Shown here piece by piece: positions 1 through 9,235 of a DNA stretch of 57,031 nucleotides. The notes under the pieces are model-generated. The model saw only the letters and a program-made list of their open reading frames with translations. It was not told the origin of the DNA and searched no databases. Every line of letters begins with the position of its first letter. Within the stretch, counting starts at the first letter, position 1. A program made the translations under genes and the position numbers. Source of the stretch: Clostridia bacterium (GTDB taxonomy: Bacteria; Bacillota; Clostridia; Oscillospirales; CAG-272); contig JAFQGP010000016.1 of NCBI GenBank assembly GCA_017415485.1, positions 1-57,031 on the forward strand, in the 5' to 3' direction.

Positions 1-112
1 AACTGTAGGTCTGTCTTCTCGGCTTACGCCTCCATTTTCCTTCGGAAAACCGACAGACCTATCGGGCGCAGGCGGTCTGCGGACGCCGCCTCAGGATGAC
101 ATCGTTTCTTTT

Positions 113-226
113 GAAGGGGGCTGCGCCCCCTTCACCCCTGCTTTACGAGTGCGAACATAGCTTTTTACTAATTAATTGTGCATATTGCTATATGTTAATT
201 TTTAATATACGTTTGTCAGTGGTCTG
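113..226. mobile_element. Right half of a foldback MITE-like element (second copy of 2776-2980)
   Basis: Aligns by eye to about 2868-2980 (ggggctgcgcccccttcacccctgcttt...gagtgcgaaca...tgtgcatattgctatatgttaatt...aatatacgtttgtc..tggtctg). It ends in the TIR-like gtttgtcagtggtctg immediately before a terminator hairpin. Confidence 0.7.
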
Positions 227-227
227 A

Positions 228-255
228 ACTCGGATATTGCAAGCAATATCCGAGT
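228..255. terminator. Hairpin downstream of serA (probable intrinsic terminator)
   Basis: actcggatattgc-aa-gcaatatccgagt is a perfect inverted repeat 28 nt past the serA stop. Confidence 0.6.
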
Positions 256-283
256 AAATATTTTTCCGAGAAGCTGTACGCAC

Positions 284-1450
284 TCAAATGACGACGACTC
301 TCCAAACGCCGTCAATTTCGTTTATGGTTTGCTTCATGGCTTCGATGTCCTCGTCGGAGGTGCCGGGGGCGAGGGCGAGGAGGGTGCAGGCGTTGTTGCC
401 GCGCGATTTATTCGAAAGATGCTCGATGTTGACGCCTCTTTCTGCGACCGCGCCCGAGATCTTTGCGATCGAGGCGGGGATATTCGCGTGAAGGACGAGC
501 ACGTTTCTGCCCGCGTGGGCGGGGAGGTCGATCGCGGGGAAGTTGACGGAATTGCGGATGTTGCCCGTGGTGAGGAACTCGACAAGCTGATTTGCCGCCA
601 TGATCGCGCAGTTGTCCTCACTTTCACCCGTGGATGCGCCGAGGTGGGGGATGTTGACGATGCCCTTGACACCCAAGGTTTCCTCGGTCGGGAAATCGGT
701 GACGTAGGACGCGATCTTGCCCTCGGCAATAGCATCCTTGATGTCAGCCGCGACGGCGAGGTCGGCGCGGGCGAGGTTGATGATCTTGACGCCATCTTTC
801 ATCTTGTCGATGTTTTCCTTGCGGATCATTCCGCGGGTCGCCTCGACTGCGGGGACGTGGAGGGTGATATAATCGCTCTTTTCGAAAATTTCATCGGTGG
901 TGAGCGCGTGGCCGACGGCGCGGGAGATGCGCCAAGCGCCCTCAACGGTCAGGTAGGGGTCGTAGCCGATGACCTTCATGCCGAGATCGATCGCGGCATT
1001 CGCGACAAGCGCGCCGATCGCGCCGAGTCCGATGACGCCGAGCGTCTTTCCGCGAAGCTCACAGCCCGCGAAAGCGGATTTGCCCTTCTCGACCGTCTTT
1101 GCGACGTCGGAGGTGAGCGTTTCCGCCCAGTTTGCGCCGCCGATGACGTCACGCGAAGCGAGCATCAGCGCGCAGATGACGAGCTCCTTTACGCCGTTTG
1201 CATTCGCGCCGGGAGTGTTGAAAACAACGATTCCCGCCTCGGTGCAGCGGTCGATGGGGATGTTGTTGACACCCGCGCCGCAACGCGCGATGGCAAGCAG
1301 CTCGGGATTGAATTCCATATCATGCAGAGCCGCCGAGCGCACCATTATAGCCTCGGGAGCCGCCACATTCTCGCCGACAACGTACTCAGCGCGGTCAAAA
1401 ATATCGGTACCGCACGCGGCGATCTTATTCATTAACTTGATATTTTTCAT
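284..1450 (-). CDS. serA: D-3-phosphoglycerate dehydrogenase with C-terminal ACT domain
   Basis: GAGVNNI, NTPGAN, the Rossmann motif GVIGLGAIG, INLAR, PHLGAST and an ACT-like C-terminus; lies directly downstream of serC. Confidence 0.95.
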   Translation of the reverse strand: MKNIKLMNKIAACGTDIFDRAEYVVGENVAAPEAIMVRSAALHDMEFNPELLAIARCGAGVNNIPIDRCTEAGIVVFNTPGANANGVKELVICALMLASRDVIGGANWAETLTSDVAKTVEKGKSAFAGCELRGKTLGVIGLGAIGALVANAAIDLGMKVIGYDPYLTVEGAWRISRAVGHALTTDEIFEKSDYITLHVPAVEATRGMIRKENIDKMKDGVKIINLARADLAVAADIKDAIAEGKIASYVTDFPTEETLGVKGIVNIPHLGASTGESEDNCAIMAANQLVEFLTTGNIRNSVNFPAIDLPAHAGRNVLVLHANIPASIAKISGAVAERGVNIEHLSNKSRGNNACTLLALAPGTSDEDIEAMKQTINEIDGVWRVVVI

Positions 1451-1462
1451 GATTAACTCCTA

Positions 1463-2548
1463 TTACTTCGGGTTCTTCTCTGCGAAATCCTTCATAAACG
1501 CGACGAGGGCTTCGACGCCTTCGTAGGGCATTGCGTTGTAGATCGAGGCGCGCATTCCGCCGACTACGCGGTGACCCTTGATGTTCTTGAGTCCCGCTTT
1601 TTCAGCCTCGGAGGCGAATTTTTTATCAAGATCGGCGTCGCCCGTGACAAATGTGACGTTCATCATCGAACGGCAGTCGGGGCGGACGGGGGCGATGTAG
1701 TAATCCTGCGAATCGAGGTAATCGTAAAGCAGAGCCGCCTTTTTCGCGTTCATCTCCTTCATCACCTCAAGGCCGCCGAGCGATTCGATCCATTCGTAGA
1801 CCAGACCCGCCATATAGATGGTGTAGCAGGGCGGGGTGTTATACATCGAGCCGTTCTCCGCCATTATATTCCAATCGAGCATCGAGGGACACTCGTGGCG
1901 AGCCTTGCCGAGGAGATCCTTGCGGACGATGACAAGGGTCATACCCGCGGGAGCCATATTCTTCTGCGCGCCCGCATAGATGACGCCGAATTTGGTGACG
2001 TCGACGGGCTCGGAGATGATGCAGGATGACATATCGGCAACCAGCGGAACGTCGCCCGTGTCGGGGATGTAGTTATATTTGGTGCCGAAAATGGTGTTGT
2101 TGTAGCAAATGTGAACGTAGGCGGCATCCGGGTTCAGATCCTCGCGCTTGACCTCGGGGATGTAGGAGAAGCCGTCAGCCTTCGAGGTGGCAACAAGACG
2201 AACGTCGCCGTACTTCTGCGCCTCGGTGTAAGCCTTGCCCGAAAACTGACCCGAAACGATGTAATCCGCCGTTCCGCCCGCGGGCAGGAGATTGAGAGGT
2301 ACCGCCGCGAACTGCGTTGACGCGCCGCCCTGAAGGAAGAGCACGGCGTAATTGTCGGGAATGTTCATCAGCTTACGCAGATCAGCCTCAGCCTTCTCAA
2401 TGATGGGCTCAAAATCCTTTGATCGGTGCGACATCTCGGCAACAGACATGCCGCTTTCGCCATAAGAGATCATCTCGGCAGCGGCGCGCTCAAGCACGGG
2501 AAGCGGAAGCATCGAAGGACCTGCGGAAAAGTTGTATACTCTCTTCAT
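1463..2548 (-). CDS. serC: Phosphoserine aminotransferase
   Basis: NFSAGPSMLP, EMSHRS, GGASTQF, ADMSS, the PLP lysine in GAQKN, NTPP and GHRVVGGMRASIYNA. Confidence 0.97.
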   Translation of the reverse strand: MKRVYNFSAGPSMLPLPVLERAAAEMISYGESGMSVAEMSHRSKDFEPIIEKAEADLRKLMNIPDNYAVLFLQGGASTQFAAVPLNLLPAGGTADYIVSGQFSGKAYTEAQKYGDVRLVATSKADGFSYIPEVKREDLNPDAAYVHICYNNTIFGTKYNYIPDTGDVPLVADMSSCIISEPVDVTKFGVIYAGAQKNMAPAGMTLVIVRKDLLGKARHECPSMLDWNIMAENGSMYNTPPCYTIYMAGLVYEWIESLGGLEVMKEMNAKKAALLYDYLDSQDYYIAPVRPDCRSMMNVTFVTGDADLDKKFASEAEKAGLKNIKGHRVVGGMRASIYNAMPYEGVEALVAFMKDFAEKNPK

Positions 2549-2589
2549 GATATTTCTCCTGTTTAACGTAGTAAAATGTTATTGCAGAA

Positions 2590-2618
2590 ATTATACTACA
2601 ATTATATGCATTTGTCAA
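2590..2618 (-). promoter_or_regulatory. Sigma-A promoter of serC-serA
   Basis: Minus-strand TTGACA (2613-2618), 17-bp spacer, TATAAT (2590-2595). Confidence 0.75.
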
Positions 2619-2775
2619 TACCTTTTTGCAAAATTTTGCAACTTATGAAAGAGTTTTATTGCAAAATTTTGCCCGATTTCGCCCAAAATGCTAAAAATCA
2701 CCCAAAATTGTGAATGACGGAGCGAAAGACGGCTTCATTTTTGTATAAAGAAAGGGCGATCTTTCGATCAGCCAC

Positions 2776-2980
2776 CAAACCGCTGACAAACTTGTTTATG
2801 GAAAAACAATATGTCAAATTGCACAATAATGGTCAAGCAACTGTGTTCGCAATTTCTAATAGGGGTGCAGGGGGCTGCGCCCCCTTCACCCCTGCTTTGT
2901 GAGTGCGAACACAGCTTTCTACTCATTATGTGTGCATATTGCTATATGTTAATTCACAATATACGTTTGTCGGTAGTCTG
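2776..2980. mobile_element. 205-bp foldback MITE-like element with IS1182-style ends, flanked by a duplicated palindrome
   Basis: Ends are caaaccgctgacaaac and gtttgtcggtagtctg (12/16 inverted match). The whole element is an imperfect palindrome centred on gggggctgcgccccc. The flanks agggcgatctttcgatcagccac and agggctgatctttcgatcagcccc are near-direct repeats. Confidence 0.7.
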
Positions 2981-3014
2981 AGGGCTGATCTTTCGATCAG
3001 CCCCAAAATATTAT

Positions 3015-4823
3015 TTATCCTTGAAAAACATCATTCTGCCATTGGCCGTCGAAGGTTTGGCCGTATTGGTTGATGTATTTGCCGTAGCCGTGGCGTTTGT
3101 TGTCTTTCCAGTTGCCGTCGTAGGAGGATCTATCTGCCCAGGTCATTTTGCCGTAGCCGTTGCGGTCGCCGTTTGCCCACTCGCCGACGTATACGTGGCC
3201 GGCGGCGTAGGTATATTTGCCTTGACCGTGGCGGTCGCCGTTCTTGAATTCGCCTTCGTAGCAGGAGCCGTCCGTCCAGGTCATTTTGCCCTTTCCGCTG
3301 AAATCACCGTCAACGAACGAACCGACGTAAACGGTGCCGCCGACAAATGTAAAGGTTCCCTGACCGACGCGCTCGCCCTTGACCCAATCGCCGACGTATT
3401 CGTTTCCGTTTGCGTAATGAAAGGTGCCCTTGCCGTGGCGGTCGCCGTCCTTGTAGTCGCCCTCGTAATAGGAACCATCAGTCCAGGTCATTTTGCCCTT
3501 GCCGTTCCAAGCGTCGTTTTCCCAGTTTCCTTTGTAGACCGTGCCGTCAGCGAAGGTGAGAGTGCCCTCTCCCGTGCGGGTGCCGTTCACCCAATTTCCG
3601 ACAAAGCGATCGCCGTTCGGCCAGGTGTAGCTGCCCTTGCCCGTGCGCTCACCGTGAACCCAGTCGCCTTCATACACACCGCCATCGACCCAGGTATACG
3701 TTCCCTTGCCGTGGAGCGATCCGCCGTCAAAAGTACCCTTGTATCTGTCGCCGTCGGTGTAAATTATCTCGCCCTCTCCATCGGGAGTTCCGCGCTCGAG
3801 GTTACCTGTGTAGGTGCCGTAGCCCAGCTTGTGATCGGTCACGTATCCCGTCACCGATTGTTTTTCTCTTTCCGAAACGATATAATCATTTGTCAGATGG
3901 TTCGTCTGTTTTAAGAATTCAAGTGCCTCGGCATCCATCTCCTCGTCCCAGCCTATGATGAAGGCGGTGAGGGGATCGGTCGTTTTGCCGCTGTTCATTA
4001 TGCTGTCGGTGAGATAATTGTTCGCAAGCTCGGTGACAAGCTCGGGAAAGTAGAAATCCTCCGCGCCGTAAATGTGATAAAACTCGTGCGTGAATGATGT
4101 AAGATCGGAAGAAAACACAACGGCAAATTCGGTGTTGTTTTTCGATGTTTGCTGCTGTGCGTAGGCTCTTCCCGATTTATTGAGGGCGAAGATCATCGGA
4201 TTCGAGTCCGCGCCGTTTTGCGAATCGAGCTGTTTTCCCGCTTCTTTTAACGTCGGAAGCCCTGCATTTGACAAGGCTGCCTCTATCCATTCCGTTGAAT
4301 AATCGCCTTTCGCGGCATCGCCCGTGATCTTTGCGTTGAGATAGCTGAAGGTGAGGTCGAGCGACTTGCCATAGGATGCGGCGAGATCTTCGATCTCCTT
4401 TTCCTGTGCCGAAAGCGATGCCGAAAGCTCGGAAAGCGCGGAGTCGTTCCAGGCGCTGACCTCGTCGCTGACCGTGACGACCGTGACGGTGACTTTACCC
4501 ACAAGCTTCTCACATCTGCCATTGTTCATCATTGCAAGATAGATATTGTCCTGAACGTCATCGGGGATATTGTCGGTAGTTTCGGGAGCCGAGGTGGTTT
4601 CGGGGGTTGCGATGGTTTCGGGAACATAAGTAGTTTCTGGCGTGAAATCTATTATTTCGGGATATGTGAATTCGACTCTTTCCTGCGTTTTCGAGGGTCC
4701 TTCCGTGAAGCTTGCAAGATAGGATTCGGTGAAGTATCCGCAGGAAGAAAGTCCCGCGGATATTGTGAAGAGGCAGAGCAAGAGTGCCGTGATCCTAAAA
4801 GCAAATTTTTTGCTGTTATTCAT
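3015..4823 (-). CDS. Lipoprotein with HEXXHXXGXXD zinc-metallopeptidase-like domain and about 11-12 C-terminal MORN repeats
   Basis: Lipobox LSSC, PETT linker, THEFYHIYGAED plus downstream SIM (Met-turn-like), and 23-aa YxGxWxxGxRxGxG repeats. Confidence 0.85.
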   Translation of the reverse strand: MNNSKKFAFRITALLLCLFTISAGLSSCGYFTESYLASFTEGPSKTQERVEFTYPEIIDFTPETTYVPETIATPETTSAPETTDNIPDDVQDNIYLAMMNNGRCEKLVGKVTVTVVTVSDEVSAWNDSALSELSASLSAQEKEIEDLAASYGKSLDLTFSYLNAKITGDAAKGDYSTEWIEAALSNAGLPTLKEAGKQLDSQNGADSNPMIFALNKSGRAYAQQQTSKNNTEFAVVFSSDLTSFTHEFYHIYGAEDFYFPELVTELANNYLTDSIMNSGKTTDPLTAFIIGWDEEMDAEALEFLKQTNHLTNDYIVSEREKQSVTGYVTDHKLGYGTYTGNLERGTPDGEGEIIYTDGDRYKGTFDGGSLHGKGTYTWVDGGVYEGDWVHGERTGKGSYTWPNGDRFVGNWVNGTRTGEGTLTFADGTVYKGNWENDAWNGKGKMTWTDGSYYEGDYKDGDRHGKGTFHYANGNEYVGDWVKGERVGQGTFTFVGGTVYVGSFVDGDFSGKGKMTWTDGSCYEGEFKNGDRHGQGKYTYAAGHVYVGEWANGDRNGYGKMTWADRSSYDGNWKDNKRHGYGKYINQYGQTFDGQWQNDVFQG

Positions 4824-5736
4824 TTATCATAGTTTCCTCTGATGTTGTTTCTTCGGGCGCGCCGATGAGACCGAGGTATTCCTCGAAAGTGATGCCCTTC
4901 GTCATAATTTCGGTGGCTATCTCGACGCCGACGTAGCGATAATGCCAGGGCTCGTAGATGATGCCCGTGATGGGCGTTGTTCCCTTGGGATAGCGCAGGA
5001 TGAAGCCGTATTTGTGGCAATTCGCCATCAGCCACTTTTGCGTTGCCGTGTTCGCCTGACCTTCGTCGAGCCAGGGGCGGCTCTGACAAAGAATATCAAC
5101 GGCAAGACCGAGCTGATGCTCGCTTGTTCCGGGTACGGCGGTCTCCTTTGCCGCAAGGATCTTTGCCTCTTCTTCGCTGTACCCCTTCGAGGTGAAGGAC
5201 TTCACCTTTTTATCGAAAAGATAGACCTGATCGTCCCAGGTGCGGTAAGCGGAGCAGATATAGGGCGTGTGTCCCGCCGCCTTGCAATCGGCAAGGAACT
5301 GCTTCAGCGCGTCTGCACAGCGCGAGTCGATCTTGTATTTGCCCGTGACAGTCGTAAGCTCGAATTCATAATCCTCGGGCAGGGGATACCAGGGGTTGAC
5401 GAGGACGAGATTCCAAGGGGTCTCGGTCACTTCTGGTTCGGGAGTCGTCTCGGGCTCGGTGGTGATCTCCTCGGTCGTCTCCTCGACAGTGGTTTCGGGC
5501 TCTGTCGTGACCTCCTCGGTAGTTTCGGGCGCGGAAGTAGTCTCCTCCTCGGTGGTGACCTCGGGGGAGGCGGTCGTTTCCACTGCGGTGGTTATTTCGG
5601 GGGTGATCCCGCTTGTTTCGGGCGGGAGGGTGATCTCGTCGATATTGAGATAGGGCAGGCAAGAAGTCAGCATTCCCGCCGCGAGCGCCAAAAGGATCGC
5701 CGCGGCGGCTTTTTTGATGCCGGACTTTTTATTCAT
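4816..5736 (-). CDS. M15B (VanY-like) D-alanyl-D-alanine carboxypeptidase lipoprotein
   Basis: Start moved to the ATG at 5736 (GGAGG upstream, MNKKSGIKK, lipobox LTSC). Motifs SAYR, PGTSEHQLGLAVD, YGFILRYP and EPWHYRYVG. Confidence 0.92.
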   Translation of the reverse strand: MNKKSGIKKAAAAILLALAAGMLTSCLPYLNIDEITLPPETSGITPEITTAVETTASPEVTTEEETTSAPETTEEVTTEPETTVEETTEEITTEPETTPEPEVTETPWNLVLVNPWYPLPEDYEFELTTVTGKYKIDSRCADALKQFLADCKAAGHTPYICSAYRTWDDQVYLFDKKVKSFTSKGYSEEEAKILAAKETAVPGTSEHQLGLAVDILCQSRPWLDEGQANTATQKWLMANCHKYGFILRYPKGTTPITGIIYEPWHYRYVGVEIATEIMTKGITFEEYLGLIGAPEETTSEETMINE

Positions 5737-6514
5737 TTGTTGCCTCCAGAATGTCGCCGATGCCTCCGAAGATGTATTTGGGACGGTAGGGGAAGTTGCC
5801 GATGTCCTCGCGCGCGGTAACGCCCGAAAGAACGAGAATGGTATCAACGTTCGATTCGATGCCCGCAATAATGTCGGTGTCCATTCTGTCGCCGATGAAT
5901 GCGATGTCCTCCGAGTGACAGCCAAGGCGCTTGAGTCCGTGGCGGATCATTACGGGGTTGGGCTTGCCGACAAAGTATGCCTTTTTGCCCGTCGCGATCT
6001 CGATGGGGGCAACGAGAGAACCGGTTGCGGGCATGATTCCGCGGTCGGTGACGCCGACGGTGTCGGGATTGGTTCCGATGAGCTTTGCACCGCCGTTGAC
6101 GAGCGCGATAGCCTTTTCGATCTTTTCAAAGCAGTAGGTGCGGGTCTCGCCGACAACGACGTAGTCGGGGTTGACGTCGTTCATATAGATGCCCTGGTCA
6201 TACATCGCCTTCGAAAGCGACGCCTCGCCGATGACGTAAGCGGTGCATCCGGGCGCCTGGCTGTGCAGAAATTCAGCAGTCGCCATTGCGCTGGTGTAAA
6301 AATGGTCGGGAGAGACCGAAAGACCCATTCTCTCAAGCTTCATAGAAAGCTCGTGGGGAGTTCTTTCGGGGCTGTTGGTGAGAAAGACGAACTTTTTGCC
6401 GTTATCGAGCATCCAGTTGACGAATTCGCGCACGCCGTCAAGGATCTTGTCGCCGTGGTAAATGACACCGTCCATGTCGCAGATAAATCCCTGCTTTTCA
6501 ATAATGTTCTTCAT
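5729..6514 (-). CDS. HAD-IIA (NagD-like) sugar-phosphate/nucleotide phosphatase
   Basis: DMDGVIY, LTNS, GKP and IGDRMDTDI motifs. Confidence 0.92.
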   Translation of the reverse strand: MKNIIEKQGFICDMDGVIYHGDKILDGVREFVNWMLDNGKKFVFLTNSPERTPHELSMKLERMGLSVSPDHFYTSAMATAEFLHSQAPGCTAYVIGEASLSKAMYDQGIYMNDVNPDYVVVGETRTYCFEKIEKAIALVNGGAKLIGTNPDTVGVTDRGIMPATGSLVAPIEIATGKKAYFVGKPNPVMIRHGLKRLGCHSEDIAFIGDRMDTDIIAGIESNVDTILVLSGVTAREDIGNFPYRPKYIFGGIGDILEATNE

Positions 6515-6632
6515 TTTGCTTCTCCGTATATCCTAAAAATTTTTTCTTTATATACTCCGATGGCCTCCCTTGAAACAAGGGAGGCTTTCGGTTGATATTT
6601 TATTGTTTTGATGTATTTTTATTCATTATTCA

Positions 6633-7832
6633 TCAGTTGTATATCATCGATATACCGTATCTGAGATCTGCTTCCGAGAGAGCGCCTACGCCGTATGCGA
6701 CAAGTCCGCCCCATTTGTCAATGAAGTAGGTCTGCGGGATCGATTCGATGCCGTATTTGCTGACCGCGTCTTCCAAAAGATCGAAATAAACGGGGAAGGT
6801 GTATCCCATTGAATCGATAATTGCCTCTGCCGCCGACTGTGTATCCCAGACGTTGACCATCATAAAGACCACTTCGCCATCCAATTCGCGGCTGACCTTG
6901 TCAAAATCGGGCATTTCAGCCTTGCAAGGCGGGCACCAGCTTGCCCAGAAATTGAGCACCACGGGCTTACCCTTCATATCCGAAAGACGAACGGGATTTC
7001 CGTTTGCATCGAAAACGATGAAATCGGGCGCGGGATCATATTCGCTGTACCCGGGCTCGGTGGTTTCTTCGGGCGCGGGTTCTGTCGTAACCTCGGGCTC
7101 GGGTGTGGTCTCCGGCTCAGGTTCGGTCGTAACCTCGGGTTCGGGAGTAGTTTCCGGCTCGGGCTCGGTCGTGACCTCGGGCTCGGTCGTGGTTTCGGGC
7201 TCGGGTTCTGTCGTTACCTCGGGTTCGGGAGTAGTTTCCGGCTCGGGTTCAGTTGTAACCTCGGGCTCGGGTGTGGTTTCGGGTTCGGGTTCTGTCGTAA
7301 CCTCGGGCTCGGTCGTGGTTTCGGGCTCGGGCTCGGTCGTAACCTCGGGCTCGGGTGTGGTTTCGGGCTCGGGTTCGGTCGTGACCTCGGGTTCGGGTGT
7401 GGTTTCGGGTTCGGGTTCGGTCGTTACCTCGGGCTCGGGAGTGGTTTCGGGCTCGGGTTCGGTCGTTACCTCGGGTTCGGGTGTGGTTTCCGGCTCGGGT
7501 TCTGTCGTAACCTCGGGCTCGGGAGTGGTTTCGGGCTCGGGTTCGGTCGTAACCTCGGGTTCAGATGTGGTTACCGGCTCGGTGGTTTCGGCGATTCCGG
7601 GGGTTATCACGGTAATGCCGCCAAAGTCGATCATAGGTGATGTTGTTTCTTCGTTCGTTTCTGTTTCTTTTGCGGTATCTTCTTCCGCAGCGGTGGTTTC
7701 TTGCGCAATAACTTCGGTGTTAAGTGTAGAAATATTATCCGTCGTTATTTCTCCGCTCTCGGCTACGCAAGAGGTAAAGGAAAAGAGGAGAAACAGAGCG
7801 AGAAATAAAGAGAAAGATCTGATCTTTTTCAT
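6633..7832 (-). CDS. TlpA/ResA-family thiol-disulfide oxidoreductase lipoprotein with a long Pro/Glu/Thr stalk
   Basis: Lipobox FTSC, 12 copies of [14 protein letters not shown], and a C-terminal [18 protein letters not shown] and IP motif. Confidence 0.9.
   Translation of the reverse strand: MKKIRSFSLFLALFLLFSFTSCVAESGEITTDNISTLNTEVIAQETTAAEEDTAKETETNEETTSPMIDFGGITVITPGIAETTEPVTTSEPEVTTEPEPETTPEPEVTTEPEPETTPEPEVTTEPEPETTPEPEVTTEPEPETTPEPEVTTEPEPETTPEPEVTTEPEPETTTEPEVTTEPEPETTPEPEVTTEPEPETTPEPEVTTEPEPETTTEPEVTTEPEPETTPEPEVTTEPEPETTPEPEVTTEPAPEETTEPGYSEYDPAPDFIVFDANGNPVRLSDMKGKPVVLNFWASWCPPCKAEMPDFDKVSRELDGEVVFMMVNVWDTQSAAEAIIDSMGYTFPVYFDLLEDAVSKYGIESIPQTYFIDKWGGLVAYGVGALSEADLRYGISMIYN
7060..7565 (-). 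repeat. Coding tandem repeat, about 12 x 42 bp
   Basis: Repeated tcgggctcgggttcggtcgtaacctcgggctcgggagtggtt-like units encoding a 14-aa repeat with synonymous variation. Confidence 0.9.
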
Positions 7833-7884
7833 AAGATTACCTCCATAAATATTAAATTGATTAAGATTTTTGTTTGATTTTTAT

Positions 7885-8430
7885 TTATTCGATCGCGGCG
7901 TAGATCATCGATATACCTCTGCGGAGCGTGTCGCCGTCGATTGCCTGATCGGCATAGGCAACAACGCAGCCCGAGGCATCTATGAAGAATGTATTGGGAA
8001 TCGATTGAATTCCGTATTTATAAGCCGCATCGCTGTCCTTGTCGAAGTAAACGGGGAAGGTGTAGCCCATCGAGTCGATGAATGCCTGCGCCTTTTCTTG
8101 TGTTTCCTGCACTCCGTCGGTCAGATCGACCATCATAAACGCGACCTTGCCCTCGTATTCTTTGGCGATCTCGTCAAATTCGGGCATTTCTGCCTTGCAG
8201 GGCGGGCACCAGCTTGCCCAGAAGTTGAGCACAACGGGCGTGCCCTTCATATCCGAAAGCTTGACAGGCTTTCCGCCCTTGTCGTAGACCGTGAAATCGG
8301 GCGCGGGTTCAAACTCTTCGGCAGATCCGCTTTCGGTGGTTTCGGTAACTTCCTCGCCCTCACCCGCACAAGCCGAGAGGGAAAGGATCATCATCAGCGC
8401 GAGAAGAAGGCTCCAAAATCTTTTCATCAA
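7885..8430 (-). CDS. TlpA/ResA-family thiol-disulfide oxidoreductase lipoprotein (short paralog)
   Basis: Lipobox LSAC and [18 protein letters not shown]; highly similar to the catalytic domain of 6633-7832. Confidence 0.92.
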   Translation of the reverse strand: MMKRFWSLLLALMMILSLSACAGEGEEVTETTESGSAEEFEPAPDFTVYDKGGKPVKLSDMKGTPVVLNFWASWCPPCKAEMPEFDEIAKEYEGKVAFMMVDLTDGVQETQEKAQAFIDSMGYTFPVYFDKDSDAAYKYGIQSIPNTFFIDASGCVVAYADQAIDGDTLRRGISMIYAAIE

Positions 8431-9065
8431 AGTGCCTCCAGAAGCGCCTCGTATCTTGTGAGAAGGAAATCGTATCCTTCATCAGAGAAATGGCGGTTAG
8501 ATTTGCCCTCAAGCACACAGCCCTCGTCGATCCACTCGCACTGCGCGGGATTGTAGAAGGAGAAGCCCGCCTGACGGTAGTTGTCGAAGCAAACGAGTCC
8601 CCAACGGGCACAGACCGCAAGCATTGCGTCAACGTAGTCGATGTCGGAAAGGCCTTCCTTGTTCTTCGAGCGCCAACGGTCATAGTTGGTCAGGAAGAGA
8701 AATTTCGCCTTCGGATATTTCGCGGTCAGACCGAGAATGAGGGCGTTGAGCCCGCCGCAGAAGGTCGAGGTGTCCTCGGAATCGATCTCGCCGAGCGGAA
8801 CGTGCAGGCGCTTGTCATTCGCGCCGCCGAGAACAACGACGTAATCCGCGCCGTCCTCCATATCCGCATAGCGGACGCACATGGGAACGCGCTGGGGTTC
8901 TGTGGTCTGATGCGCGACGGGGTTGCCGTTGATGCCGTGATTATATACTGTCATATTGTGCTTTTTTGCCAGCTTGTTGACCCAAGTCGCCTCGTTTCCG
9001 AGCTTCGAGCCGTAAATAAGCGAGTCGCCAAGCGCGACGATCGTCTTGCCTGTAAGATTGGACAT
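8427..9065 (-). CDS. SGNH/GDSL hydrolase
   Basis: ALGDSL, HGING, LGGAND and a C-terminal His (RHFSDEG). Confidence 0.88.
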   Translation of the reverse strand: MSNLTGKTIVALGDSLIYGSKLGNEATWVNKLAKKHNMTVYNHGINGNPVAHQTTEPQRVPMCVRYADMEDGADYVVVLGGANDKRLHVPLGEIDSEDTSTFCGGLNALILGLTAKYPKAKFLFLTNYDRWRSKNKEGLSDIDYVDAMLAVCARWGLVCFDNYRQAGFSFYNPAQCEWIDEGCVLEGKSNRHFSDEGYDFLLTRYEALLEAL

Positions 9066-9103
9066 AATTAATTTCCTCCAAGATTGTATAATACTACATA
9101 ATA

Positions 9104-9132
9104 ATTATATCACCAACCAAGCCGTTTGTCAA
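9104..9132 (-). promoter_or_regulatory. Sigma-A promoter for the SGNH-tlpA operon
   Basis: Minus-strand TTGACA (9127-9132), 17 bp, TATAAT (9104-9109). Confidence 0.7.
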
Positions 9133-9235
9133 TGATAAATCTGTTCTGTTTTCTTCCATTTATATTATATACCATTTTCTGCAGATTTTCCGTGACGCAG
9201 TCACAAAAAACTCCTTCTGCAGGGCAAAAGGAGTT

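Noticed and set aside
329-1435. Long antisense ORFs (also 3021-3914, 4942-5820, 6799-7848, 15374-16462, 16863-18332, 45709-47046, 47765-49180, 49624-50610)
   Set aside because: Each mirrors a well-supported gene on the opposite strand.
2549-2750. T-box leader for serC-serA
   Set aside because: The consensus promoter is only about 40 bp upstream of the ATG and no T-box motif is visible.
4816-5736. Vancomycin-resistance vanY gene
   Set aside because: There is no vanHAX or vanRS context, and M15B carboxypeptidases are common housekeeping lipoproteins.
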